This document shows positions 50,121-59,443 of a stretch of 64,000 nt of DNA, one piece after another. The translations under genes were made by a program, and so were the position numbers. Below the pieces are notes generated by a model that was not told the DNA's origin, did not search any database, and was given only the letters and a program-made list of their open reading frames with translations. The stretch comes from an uncultured Alphaproteobacteria bacterium (GTDB lineage Bacteria > Pseudomonadota > Alphaproteobacteria > Rhizobiales > Beijerinckiaceae): positions 1,753-65,752 of the forward strand of contig CAVPMJ010000010.1 of the NCBI GenBank assembly GCA_963706255.1, in the 5' to 3' direction. How positions within the stretch are numbered: the first letter of the stretch is position 1; every line of letters starts with the position of its first letter.

Positions 50121-50281
50121 GCCCTCATCCGTCGCCACTTCGTGGCGACACCTTCTCCCGCTTGCGGGAGAAGGGAGAACGGAGAGGTTCCTCAATTGCG
50201 TTTGCTGTGTCGAATGGCGCGCGCCCTTCTCCCGCTTGCGGGAGAAGGCGGCCCTCGCGTAGCGAGGGTCGGATGAGGGCG
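50121..50281. repeat. Inverted pair of REP family B elements
   Basis: 50121-50175 reads GCCCTCATCC + GTCGCCAC-ttcg-TGGCGAC + CCTTCTCCCGCTTGCGGGAGAAGG. 50225-50281 reads CCTTCTCCCGCTTGCGGGAGAAGG + GCCCTCGC-gta-GCGAGGGTC + GGATGAGGGCGC. Confidence 0.8.
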
Positions 50282-50480
50282 CTTCAATGAACCTCTTCAT
50301 TCGCATTGGCGTGGATGCTTGCCACCCGCGCGTCATGGCCGGCCTTGTGCCGGCCATCCACGCCGAGAAGCAGCGCAAACATTATCGAGACGCTGCGCGA
50401 TTCGGCTCGACGCTCCTTTCCGCTCGCAATGTCGCGGCGTGGATGGCCGCGACAAGCGCGGCCATGACGGGGAACGGCCA

Positions 50481-51191
50481 ATGAACGTCTTCGTCCTCAC
50501 GGGCGCGGGCGTTTCGGCCGAAAGCGGCCTTGGGGTTTTTCGCGGGTCTGACGGCGCGGGCCTATGGGCGCGTTTCGACCCGATGAAGCTCGCGACGCCG
50601 GAGGCCTTCGCGCGCGAACCAACCGAGGTTCACGCCTTTTACAACGCGCGCCGGCGCAATCTTCTCTCCTCCGCGCCAAATGCGGCGCATGTCGCGCTCG
50701 CCCGGCTGGAGGCGGGGCTGGCGCGGCGGGGCGGGGAGCTTACGCTGGTGACGCAGAATATCGACGATCTGCATGAACGCGCCGGCGCGACGCGCGTCAT
50801 TCACATGCATGGCGAATTGCTGAAAGCGCGCTGCGCGTCATGCGGCGCGGTGAGCGATTGTCGGGACGACCTTACCATCGACTCGCGATGCGACTGCGCC
50901 GGCGCGCTGCGCCCGCATGTCGTCTGGTTCGGCGAAACGCCGCTGTTCATGGACGAAATTTACGCGGCGCTGTCGGCGGCCGATCTTTTCGTCGCCATCG
51001 GCACGTCGGGCGCCGTCTATCCCGCGGCGGGCTTCGTGTCGCAGGCGCGCGCCTGCGGCTTGCGCTGCTGCGAGATTAATCTCGAGGCGTCCGACAACGC
51101 CGCCGAATTCGACGAAAAACGCTATGGCCGCGCGAGCGAGATCGTTCCGGCGTGGGTGGACGAAATCCTCGCCTCCGCGACGGCGCCATGA
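50481..51191 (+). CDS. cobB: NAD-dependent protein deacylase (Sir2 family)
   Basis: VLTGAGVSAESGLGVFRG...TQNIDDLHERAG...C..C...C.C...RPHVVWFGE. Confidence 0.9.
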   Translation: MNVFVLTGAGVSAESGLGVFRGSDGAGLWARFDPMKLATPEAFAREPTEVHAFYNARRRNLLSSAPNAAHVALARLEAGLARRGGELTLVTQNIDDLHERAGATRVIHMHGELLKARCASCGAVSDCRDDLTIDSRCDCAGALRPHVVWFGETPLFMDEIYAALSAADLFVAIGTSGAVYPAAGFVSQARACGLRCCEINLEASDNAAEFDEKRYGRASEIVPAWVDEILASATAP

Positions 51192-52129
51192 CGAAGACGC
51201 TCGCCGACAAGGGACGCTTCGCCCATATCGACACATGGGTGTTCGATCTCGACAATACGCTCTATCCGCAGACCGCCGATCTGTGGCCAAAGATCGACGC
51301 GCGCATCACGCTGTTCATGATGCGCCTCTTCGGCCTCGACGCCATTTCACTGCGCGCGCTGCAGAAACATTATTATCAGCGCTACGGCACGACGCTGCGC
51401 GGGCTGATGACCGAGCATGGCGTCGACGCCGAAACATATCTCGCATACGTCCACGACATCGACCGCTCGTCGCTCGCGCCTAATCACTCGCTCGCGGCGG
51501 CGATCGCCGCTCTGCCGGGACGCAAGCTGATCCTCACCAATGGCTCGCGCCATCATGCGATCGAGACCGCGAAGCAGCTCGGAATCGATCATCTCTTCGA
51601 AGACATTTTCGACATTATCGCCGCCGATTTCATCGCCAAGCCGGACGAAGGCGCCTATGCGCGCTTCTTCGACAGGCTGAAGATCGATCCCAAACGCGCC
51701 GCGATTTTCGAGGACATCGACCGCAATCTCGTCGTGCCGCATGCGCGCGGCATGACGACGGTGCTGGTGCTGCCGGCCCACGACGAAGGCCCGGAGCGCG
51801 AGGCGTGGGAAATCGCGAGCGGCGACGAGCCGCATGTGGATTTTGTCACGGACGATCTGGTGGGGTTTTTGGAGGGGATAATTGGAAGCGAAAAGTGGCG
51901 GTTTCTCAATGCAGTGAATTCGCGCCACTCAGCCCGCTCAACGTGGAACACCTGGACGCCTACAATATTTAAAACCATTTTGTATTTCGGCAATAGGCCT
52001 CCGGATGGAGAATTGGCGATGACGAAACGCGCCGACGATTTGCGTGCACGACGCTTGCAAAAGCGCCTGACGCAGGAGGAAGTAGCGAATAAATTTGGGG
52101 TGTCTCAAGGCTATGTAATCGGCGGTTGA
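51188..52129 (+). CDS. HAD-superfamily pyrimidine 5'-nucleotidase; the natural 3' end is unclear (homology ends about 51890 and the ORF reads through into a low-GC insert)
   Basis: WVFDLDNTLY (motif I), LTNG, and FEDIDRNL. After ...DDLVGFLEGII the frame runs without a stop into the XRE gene. Confidence 0.7.
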   Translation: MTKTLADKGRFAHIDTWVFDLDNTLYPQTADLWPKIDARITLFMMRLFGLDAISLRALQKHYYQRYGTTLRGLMTEHGVDAETYLAYVHDIDRSSLAPNHSLAAAIAALPGRKLILTNGSRHHAIETAKQLGIDHLFEDIFDIIAADFIAKPDEGAYARFFDRLKIDPKRAAIFEDIDRNLVVPHARGMTTVLVLPAHDEGPEREAWEIASGDEPHVDFVTDDLVGFLEGIIGSEKWRFLNAVNSRHSARSTWNTWTPTIFKTILYFGNRPPDGELAMTKRADDLRARRLQKRLTQEEVANKFGVSQGYVIGG

Positions 52130-52241
52130 GCGTGGGCGGAAGCCGAAAGAAATTGCTCCCGCGTTGAAAATTGTTAATCGAATGCGAACACGCACTGATC
52201 GGACCGACGGCGGCGGACAGAAGGCCGGACGGCAAAAATAA
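52019..52241 (+). CDS. Small XRE-family HTH protein, frame interrupted at about 52121
   Basis: MTKRADDLRARRLQKRLTQEEVANKFGVSQGYVI, then the next frame gives AVERGRKPKEIAPALKIVNRM... Length is 3n+1. Confidence 0.5.
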
Positions 52242-52797
52242 GGACTAGGCAAATGGAATTGCAGAACGCACCGTCATAGTTAAATGGAGGTACATGCAGA
52301 TGCGTCGTTACTGCTCATATCGGCCGGAAATGGATGGTTCTGAGAGCTCTGTCTGGCATCGCTGATTCCTACGGCCGACATCCATATGCTTGGCGTTAGA
52401 CGATCCTGAATTTCGAGGTGGTCTATAAAGACCGCACCGGGCTCACAACACACGGTAACTGTGCCGTTAGGAAGACATCTCGCAATTGTTGGCAAATTCG
52501 CGGGGAAGCGCGCGCTAATAATAAACGAAAAAGGAATTGCGCGACTGTGAACCCGATTGTCATCGCGCGCTCGGATAGGCGAGTATTTGCAGCAGACAAT
52601 CAATTCGTTTACATGAGCTGGAATGGACGGAGCTAAAGCCTGTCTCGAAGTTACCGACCGACACGTACTTACGTCCACGAAAGAAAAACTCTAGTTAAGC
52701 TAACAACGTCCTCGCGCTTCGCCAACGCCAACGCTACTCGCGCCTTCGCCGCCACACCCTTTCTTCTTCGCCCTACGCGCGCGCCAGTCGAGGCTCT

Positions 52798-53586
52798 TCA
52801 CCTGGTCGGCAAGAGCGGTGGAGAACGCCGGCCTGACTCTATCGAACATAGCAGGCATTGCTGCTTGGTCGAATAGCCATTGTATTGGGCGGCGCCGGCA
52901 GGCAGCCGCGCGCCGTCGAGCTCGGCGTGGGTGAAGACCGCGCCGTCGGCCTTGACGCCGGAGAGATCGGCGCCGCTCAACTTGGCGTATTCGAAATGCG
53001 CGCCGCGAAGGTCGGCGTCCTCGAAGCTCGCCGACGCGAGCACCGCATGGGCGAGATTGGCACCGGATAGATCGGCGCCGTCGAAATTGGCGTCCGTCAG
53101 ATCGACGCGCACCGGAACCATGCCTTGATTGGCTGGATCGGCGCCAAGATCGGCTCTTGCCATCTTCGCATTGGTGAAGCGAACGCCGCGGCCGCCGCCG
53201 ATGATGCGCGCGCGAGCCAGATTGGCCGAAGTGAAGTCGGCGCCGTCGAGCAGGGCGGCATAGAGCGTCGCGCCTTCGAGATTCGCCTTCGTGAAATCGG
53301 CGTTCCGCAGGTCTGCTCGGGTAAGATTGGCTCTTGCGAGATCGGCGCCCGCGAGTTTTGCGCCTGCGAGCCTCGCGGCGAACAAATCCGCGCCCTTGAG
53401 GCGCAGCCCCGAGAGATCGACGCCTTCGAGATCGAGATTAGCGAGATCGAGGGGCTGCCCTGCGGCGCCGATCTTTTCTTCGATCTGCACGCGGGAGAGA
53501 TCCGCGGCGAAAGCGCATGGCGCCTGGCCGACAAGGGCCGGTAAAAGCGCGGCGGCGCCGCAGCCGATTTTGAAGAATATGCGCAC
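52798..53586 (-). CDS. Secreted pentapeptide-repeat protein
   Basis: GTG start and a signal peptide. Long run of A(D/N)LxG-type pentapeptides. Confidence 0.8.
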   Translation of the reverse strand: MRIFFKIGCGAAALLPALVGQAPCAFAADLSRVQIEEKIGAAGQPLDLANLDLEGVDLSGLRLKGADLFAARLAGAKLAGADLARANLTRADLRNADFTKANLEGATLYAALLDGADFTSANLARARIIGGGRGVRFTNAKMARADLGADPANQGMVPVRVDLTDANFDGADLSGANLAHAVLASASFEDADLRGAHFEYAKLSGADLSGVKADGAVFTHAELDGARLPAGAAQYNGYSTKQQCLLCSIESGRRSPPLLPTR

Positions 53587-53754
53587 GCCACGCCTCGCTG
53601 CCTGATCCAGGCCCAATGTTAGGCGCAACTCTCTAGCCCCGCTGCGGGAAAGAAAGCCGTCCGCCGGTCGGAATTCGTCCCGCGGTCCGCGAGGTTGACT
53701 CCCCGCGCGACGCGCCTACAACCGCGCCAGTCTTCACCCATCATCGGAATTTTC

Positions 53755-54613
53755 ATGTCGCACACGGGACTTGAAACCCTCATCGCCGCCGCTTTCGAGG
53801 ATCGCGCCAATATCAACGGCGAGACGCAGGGCGACATCCGCCGCGCCGTCGACGGCGCGCTGCGCCTCTTGGACGCCGGCAAGCTGCGCGTCGCCGAGAA
53901 GATCGAAGGGCGGGAAGGCCCCGAGTTCCTGGAAGGTGAATCAGTGGCTGAAAAAAGCCGTGCTGCTCTCCTTCCGCCTCAACGACATGGCGGTCATCGC
54001 GGGCGGGCCGGGCGGCGCGACCTGGTGGGACAAGGTTCCGTCGAAATTCGTCGGCTGGGGCGCGGGCGAACACAGCGCGGCGGGCTTTCGTTCCGTGCCG
54101 GGCGCCATCGTGCGCCACTCGGCCTTTATCGCGCCGGGCGCGATATTGATGCCGTCCTTCGTCAATCTCGGCGCCTATGTCGATAGCGGGACCATGGTCG
54201 ACACTTGGGTCACGGTCGGCTCCTGCGCGCAGATCGGCAAGAATGTGCATCTTTCCGGCGGCGTCGGCATTGGCGGCGTGCTGGAGCCCTTGCAGGCGAA
54301 TCCCACCATCATCGAGGACGATTGCTTCATCGGCGCGCGTTCGGAAGTGGTCGAGGGCGTCGTCGTCGGCAAGGGCTCGGTGCTCTCCATGGGCGTCTTC
54401 ATCGGCGCCTCGACCAAGATCGTCGATCGCGCAACGGGGAAGGTCCATGTCGGCTATGTGCCGCCTTATTCCGTCGTCGTCGCGGGGAGCCTTCCCGGCA
54501 AACCCTTGCCGGACGGGGCGCCCGGCCCCTCGCTCTATTGCGCGGTCATCGTCAAGACGGTCGATGCGCAGACGCGCTCCAAGACCGGCATCAATGAGCT
54601 CTTGAGGGATTGA
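53755..54613 (+). CDS. dapD: Tetrahydrodipicolinate N-succinyltransferase, frame interrupted between about 53910 and 53930
   Basis: [17 protein letters not shown]...RVAEKIEG lies in one frame. [18 protein letters not shown]... and the hexapeptide repeats to LLRD* lie in the next frame. Length is 3n+1. Confidence 0.9.
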
Positions 54614-55090
54614 TGGACGCCGAGCGCATCCGCTTTCTCTACCGCACCGACCAGGGCCGTATCGACCGCGCGACCTGGCGGCGCGGCGCCGGCGCGCTTC
54701 TGGCGGTTCTGATTCCCTTCACGCTGATCTGGCTGGCGCTCGAGCCTTATACCACGCATGATTTGTCGAAGACTCCCTTCTTCGCGCCCGGAACGGCGGC
54801 GGCCTACGCCTATGTCATTTTCTACGCCTTCGTCGTGATGCTCATCGCCGTAAGCTTCATCAATCTCTCGGCCAAGCGCTTCCGCGATCGCGGGTCTTGC
54901 GCCGCCGCTCGGGCTCGCGAGCATCGCGCCACTGCTCGCGCTGCTTGCCGGCGCGGCGCATTTTCTGCAGCCGCGCGTCGCCGAAGTCATGTCGCGCTGG
55001 TATGTCTGGGGGATCGATGCGGTTCTTGTCGCCGCCGTCGTCTGGACCGTTTACGAATTGGGTTGGCGCGAAGGCGGTCCCCAAGCTTGA
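54613..55090 (+). CDS. DUF805 inner-membrane protein, frame interrupted at about 54895
   Basis: GRIDRATWRRG...NLSAKRFRDRG, then the next frame gives LAPPLGLASIAPLLALLAGAAHFLQP...VYELGWREGGPQA*. Confidence 0.65.
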
Positions 55091-55213
55091 GTTATCAGTA
55101 GGAGGACGAATCTTCCTCACCCTCAAGAAGAGGAGGCGGTCCGCAAGTCGGGTAAACCCGACTTGTGCATGAGTTTACTTGACAAGGCGCCGGCGCAGGC
55201 CGATTTTTCTTTC

Positions 55214-55441
55214 ATGATCACCCCTATCCAAATTGACGCGCGCTGGGACGATGACGCGCATGTCTGGATCGCGACGAGCGACGATGCGCCCGGTCTTGTC
55301 GTCGAGGCGGAGTCCTGGCAGTCGATGATCGATGAAGTGCGCGCGGTCTTGCCGGAGCTTCTTGAACTTGACGCGGTTGGGACGCGCGATGTTTCGCTGA
55401 CCTTCAAGGCGGAAACGCATCTCGCGCTCGCCGCTGGCTGA
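55214..55441 (+). CDS. hicB: HicB-like antitoxin (DUF1902 type)
   Basis: ARWDDDAHVWIATSDDAPGLVVEAESWQSMIDEVRAVLPELLEL. 1-nt overlap with hicA. Confidence 0.65.
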   Translation: MITPIQIDARWDDDAHVWIATSDDAPGLVVEAESWQSMIDEVRAVLPELLELDAVGTRDVSLTFKAETHLALAAG

Positions 55442-55635
55442 TGGCCGATTTCTATCCTCAAATCGTCGCGCTGCTTGTCGCCGCCGGATGCAGACTCGTG
55501 CGGCCCGGCAGAGGAAGCCACGAAATCTGGCATAGCCCGATCACGAACAGGAATTTCTCATTGCCTCGAACGACAAAATCGCGCCATACCGCGAATGAAG
55601 TCTTGAAACAGGCGGGTCTGCCGAAAGCTTTCTGA
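55441..55635 (+). CDS. hicA: HicA-family mRNA interferase toxin
   Basis: GSHEIWHSPITNRNFSLPRTTKSRHTANEVLKQAGL. Confidence 0.8.
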   Translation: MADFYPQIVALLVAAGCRLVRPGRGSHEIWHSPITNRNFSLPRTTKSRHTANEVLKQAGLPKAF

Positions 55636-56804
55636 ATGACCTCCCGCGCCATTTCCCTCACACGCGATCTCATTCGCTGTCCGTCGGTGACGCCGGAGGA
55701 CGCCGGCGCGCTTGGATGTCGTCGAAAGCGCGCTGAAGGCGGCGGGTTTTAAGACGCATCGGCTGGCCTTCTCGGAACCCGCGACGCCCGATGTGGACAA
55801 TCTCTTCGCGACGATCGGAACCGGCCATCCGCATCTCGCCTTCGCTGGCCACACCGACGTCGTGCCCGCGGGCGATATCGCGCGCTGGCGCTTCGATCCT
55901 TTCGCGGCGGAAATCTCGGACGGAAGAATCTACGGCCGCGGCGCCTCGGACATGAAAGGCGCCATCGCCGCCTTCATCGCCGCGACGCTGTCCTATATCG
56001 AGCGGCGCGGCGCGCCGAAGGGCGCGCTCTCCTTTCTCATCACCGGCGACGAGGAAGGCCCGTCGATCAACGGCACGGTGAAGCTGCTCGACTGGGCGCG
56101 GGCGCGCGGCGAAAAGTTCGATCATTGCATCGTCGGCGAGCCGACGAATGTCTCGGCGCTCGGCGACACGATCAAGATCGGGCGGCGCGGCTCGCTCAAT
56201 GGCCGCATTCGCGTCATCGGCAAGCAGGGCCATGTCGCCTATCCGCATCGCGCCGAAAATCCCGCGCCGATCATCGCGCGCATCGTCGCGGCGCTCTCCG
56301 CGCATGAACTCGACACGGGCACGGCGCATTTCGACCGCTCCAATCTCGAATTCAGCACGATCGACATCGGCAATCCGGCCGTCAATGTCATTCCCGGCGA
56401 GGCGTGCGCGCAGTTCAACATCCGCTTCAACGACGTTTGGACGCATGACTCGCTCAAGGAGCGCATTCGTGCGGTGATCAGGGAAGCGGCGGCGGGCGCG
56501 AAGGTCGAGGTCGAGTTCCCGCCGTCGAACGCCGTGTCCTTCATCACAAAGCCCGGCGATTTCACCGAGCTCGTCGCGCGCGCGGTGAAAGACGTGACAG
56601 GCCTGACGCCGGCGCTTTCAACCAGCGGCGGCACGTCGGACGCGCGCTTCATCACGCATTTTTGCCCGGTGCTGGAGTTCGGTCTCACCAATGAGACGAT
56701 CCATGCGGTGGACGAGAATGCGCGCACTCGCCGACATCGACGCGCTCTGCGCGGTCTATTTGCGAGTGCTGGAGAGTTATTTCGGTCTTACACCCTCCCC
56801 TTGA
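55636..56804 (+). CDS. dapE: Succinyl-diaminopimelate desuccinylase, frame interrupted twice (about 55714 and 56720)
   Basis: [26 protein letters not shown] | [17 protein letters not shown]...GHTDVVP...ITGDEEG...[10 protein letters not shown] | [21 protein letters not shown]. Length is 3n+2. Confidence 0.9.
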
Positions 56805-56916
56805 GGGGGAGGGTCGGCGCGAAGCGCCGGGGTGGGGTGAAAGCCCAATATCGCGAAAGTCACCCCCACCCGACCGCCTGCGGCGGCCGACCTCCCCCCT
56901 CAAGGGGGAGGTGGGG
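56791..56916. repeat. Inverted pair of structured REP-like elements (R4 56791-56840, R5 56860-56916) separated by 19 nt
   Basis: Same family as R1-R3. The central hairpins differ (GCGC gaa GCGC; CCGCC tgc GGCGG). Lies between the convergent dapE and aminotransferase genes. Confidence 0.85.
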
Positions 56917-56921
56917 CGAAC

Positions 56922-58139
56922 CTAACCCCGCGCGGCGAGCGGCACGACATTATGCAGCTTGCTGTCCGCCGTCTCGAAGAAGCGGCGCAGATTGCGCGCC
57001 GCCTGACGGATGCGCTGCTCGTTCTCGACGAGCGCGAGACGGACGAAACCCTCGCCATGTTCGCCGAAGCCTTCGCCCGGCGCCACCGCGACATCCGCCT
57101 TCTCGATCAGCAGTTTCGAAAATTCGAGCGTGGATATATTGCGGAAGCGCTCGGGCGCCGGCGCCCAGGCGAACATCGACGCGTGCGGCGCCGGAATCGG
57201 CCAGCCCGCCTGCGCGAAGCTCTCGACCATCACGTCGCGGCGCTTCTTATAGATCGCGCGCATCTCTTTCACACAATCGTCGGAGCCGTTGAGCGCCGCG
57301 ACGGCGGCGACCTGCACCGGCGTGAAGGCGCCATAGTCGAGATAGCTCTTCACCCGCGCGAGCGCGGCGCAAAGCCGCTCATTGCCGACCGCAAAGCCGA
57401 TGCGCCAGCCGGCCATCGAGAAGGTCTTCGACATCGACGTGAACTCCACCGTCACATCCATCGCGCCCGGCACCTGCAGGACGGAAGGCGGCGGATTGTC
57501 GTCGAAATAGACTTCGGCATAGGCGAGGTCGGAGAGGATGAAAATGTCGTGCTTCTTGGCGAAGGCGACGAGGTCTTTGTAGAAATCGAGCGACGCCACC
57601 TCCGCCGTCGGATTGGACGGATAGCAGACGACGACCGCGATGGGTTTCGGGATCGAGTGGATGATCGCGCGCTCCAGCGCCACGAAATATTCCGGCGACG
57701 GCGCGGAGGGCACGGAGCGCACGACCCCGCCCGCCATCAGAAAGCCGAAAGCGTGGATCGGGTAGGAGGGGTTGGGCGCCAGCACCACGTCGCCGGGCGC
57801 GGTGATCGCCTGCGCCATATTGGCGAAGCCTTCCTTGGAGCCGAGCGTCGCGACGATCTGCGTCTCGGGATCGAGCGTCACGCCGAAGCGGCGCTGGTAA
57901 TAGCCCGCCTGGGCGCGGCGCAGCCCGGCGATGCCCTTGCTCGCCGAATAGCGGTCGGTGCGCGGGCGCCCGGCGGTCTCGACCAGCTTGTCGATGACGT
58001 GTTTGGGGGCGGGCAGGTCCGGATTGCCCATGCCGAGATCAATGATGTCGGCGCCGCCGGCGCGGGCGCGCGCCTTGAGGCGGTTCACCTGCTCGAAGAC
58101 ATAAGGGGGCAGGCGCTTGATGCGATAAAAATCCGACAT
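56922..58139 (-). CDS. Class I/II PLP-dependent aminotransferase (AlaC-like)
   Basis: [14 protein letters not shown]...DLGMGNPD...[12 protein letters not shown]. Confidence 0.85.
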   Translation of the reverse strand: MSDFYRIKRLPPYVFEQVNRLKARARAGGADIIDLGMGNPDLPAPKHVIDKLVETAGRPRTDRYSASKGIAGLRRAQAGYYQRRFGVTLDPETQIVATLGSKEGFANMAQAITAPGDVVLAPNPSYPIHAFGFLMAGGVVRSVPSAPSPEYFVALERAIIHSIPKPIAVVVCYPSNPTAEVASLDFYKDLVAFAKKHDIFILSDLAYAEVYFDDNPPPSVLQVPGAMDVTVEFTSMSKTFSMAGWRIGFAVGNERLCAALARVKSYLDYGAFTPVQVAAVAALNGSDDCVKEMRAIYKKRRDVMVESFAQAGWPIPAPHASMFAWAPAPERFRNISTLEFSKLLIEKADVAVAPGEGFGEHGEGFVRLALVENEQRIRQAARNLRRFFETADSKLHNVVPLAARG

Positions 58140-58452
58140 TCTCTCTTTGTTCCGGAAGGCCGCGCGAAGCGGAGACTTTAGCCTATTTTGGCGGGGGAGA
58201 AAGGGGAGGGGTGCATGTCGAATGGCGGATAGTTCGAGTTTTCCGCTTCTGACCCCAGTATACCTATGGAAGTGGACGGCTTTGCCGATGGCGCGTTGTT
58301 GTTGCGCTATGTGATTAAGTCATCACAAGGATGACGATGGGCGCGCCCTTCGATGATCGACGGGTAGAGGTGGAACCCTTGCCCCCTGCAAAGCGAGCTC
58401 TAACTCCATGTTACGCCTCATTCAACGCGGGGCGTATGTCGTGGAGGAGACG

Positions 58453-58614
58453 ATGATAACAGCCAAAGAACACATGACAATGGCGGCTGTCGGCGCGATC
58501 GTCGGCGCCGCCTTGGGCGCTGGAATAGGTGGCGCGCTCTTTGGCCTGCCTGGGATCCTCGTCACTGCGGTGTTGGCGGGAATTGGCGGCGCGTTCTTTG
58601 GATCATTTCTGTGA
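58453..58614 (+). CDS. Small glycine-zipper membrane protein
   Basis: AAVGAIVGAALGAGIGGALFGLPGILVTAVLAGIGGAFFG. Confidence 0.4.
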   Translation: MITAKEHMTMAAVGAIVGAALGAGIGGALFGLPGILVTAVLAGIGGAFFGSFL

Positions 58615-58752
58615 TCAAGAGGCGACCCATCGGTTCATGAGACAATAAGCGCCGCGCTACGCATCTTCGAGCGCGGCGCGCTCCGGCGAGGTAGCTGCAA
58701 TTGCGCTCCAACACATGCCGATCGAGGTGAGTTCGAGCGCCCGCTTCTGACC

Positions 58753-58902
58753 CTGGCTGTGTGAAAACGCGGCCACCAAGATGACCAATCCAATTTTTCG
58801 CGGAATTTTGGTCTGTTTTTGGGTGATCAGAAGCCGGCTGATCGCAAAAATCCGCTCCGTGCGAGCCCGTTTTCAGACCAAGCGCGAGTTTTCACACAAC
58901 CA
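58753..58902. mobile_element. 150-bp MITE sharing termini with the IS1182-like element
   Basis: TGGCTGTGTGAAAAC at 58753-58767 matches the reverse complement of 58888-58902 (TGGTTGTGTGAAAAC). Same terminal motif as 61589 and 63163. No coding capacity. GACCC occurs on both flanks. Confidence 0.65.
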
Positions 58903-59080
58903 AGACCCAAAGCGGACCGTCGCCCTTATACCGCTATAGCCTTTCAGGCGTTGCTGGCAGAACGTCATATGGCACGAGCGCATTCTAAGTTCGTGGTGTA
59001 CCCGTTGAGGCTAACTGTGAACCGACCCCGAGTGCGTGGGAAACCGGCCGGAATTGGCTTCAGAAGAGAATCGACAAGTA

Positions 59081-59293
59081 ATGGCAATTGCCAAGAACAC
59101 GATCTGCCTATGGTACGACAAGGACGCCGAGGCTGCAGCCCGCTTCTACGCCGAGACTTTTCCTAACAGCACGGTGAGTGCCGTCCACCGTGCTCCCAGC
59201 GACTACCCGTCCGGCAAGGCGGGCGCGGTTGATGCTATGATGGACATGAAGAAAATCGACGTCGCCGCGATCGAGGCGGCTCGGCGCGGCTGA
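59081..59293 (+). pseudogene. Internally deleted VOC/PhnB-like (3-demethylubiquinone methyltransferase-like) gene
   Basis: N-terminal MAIAKNTICLWYDKDAEAAARFYAETFPNSTVSAVHRAPSDYPSGKAG is joined directly to the C-terminal AVDAMMDMKKIDVAAIEAARRG. The central ~80-100 aa of the family are absent. Confidence 0.5.
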
Positions 59294-59443
59294 CGGTCTT
59301 AGGTTGACCCTAAGCAGTCTCTTCGCGATGCACGCTCAATGGTCAGCTATGGGAGCAAAACGGACCTGGCACATTCTTGAGGTACCACTCCCGGTGTGAG
59401 AGGATGAACTAGCGGTTCGCCGCGACGACCCCACCGTCAGAGT

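Noticed and set aside
52280-52678. 132-aa minus-strand ORF in the low-GC insert
   Set aside because: No RBS or motif, and Cys/Ser/Arg-rich composition. Insufficient support to call a gene.
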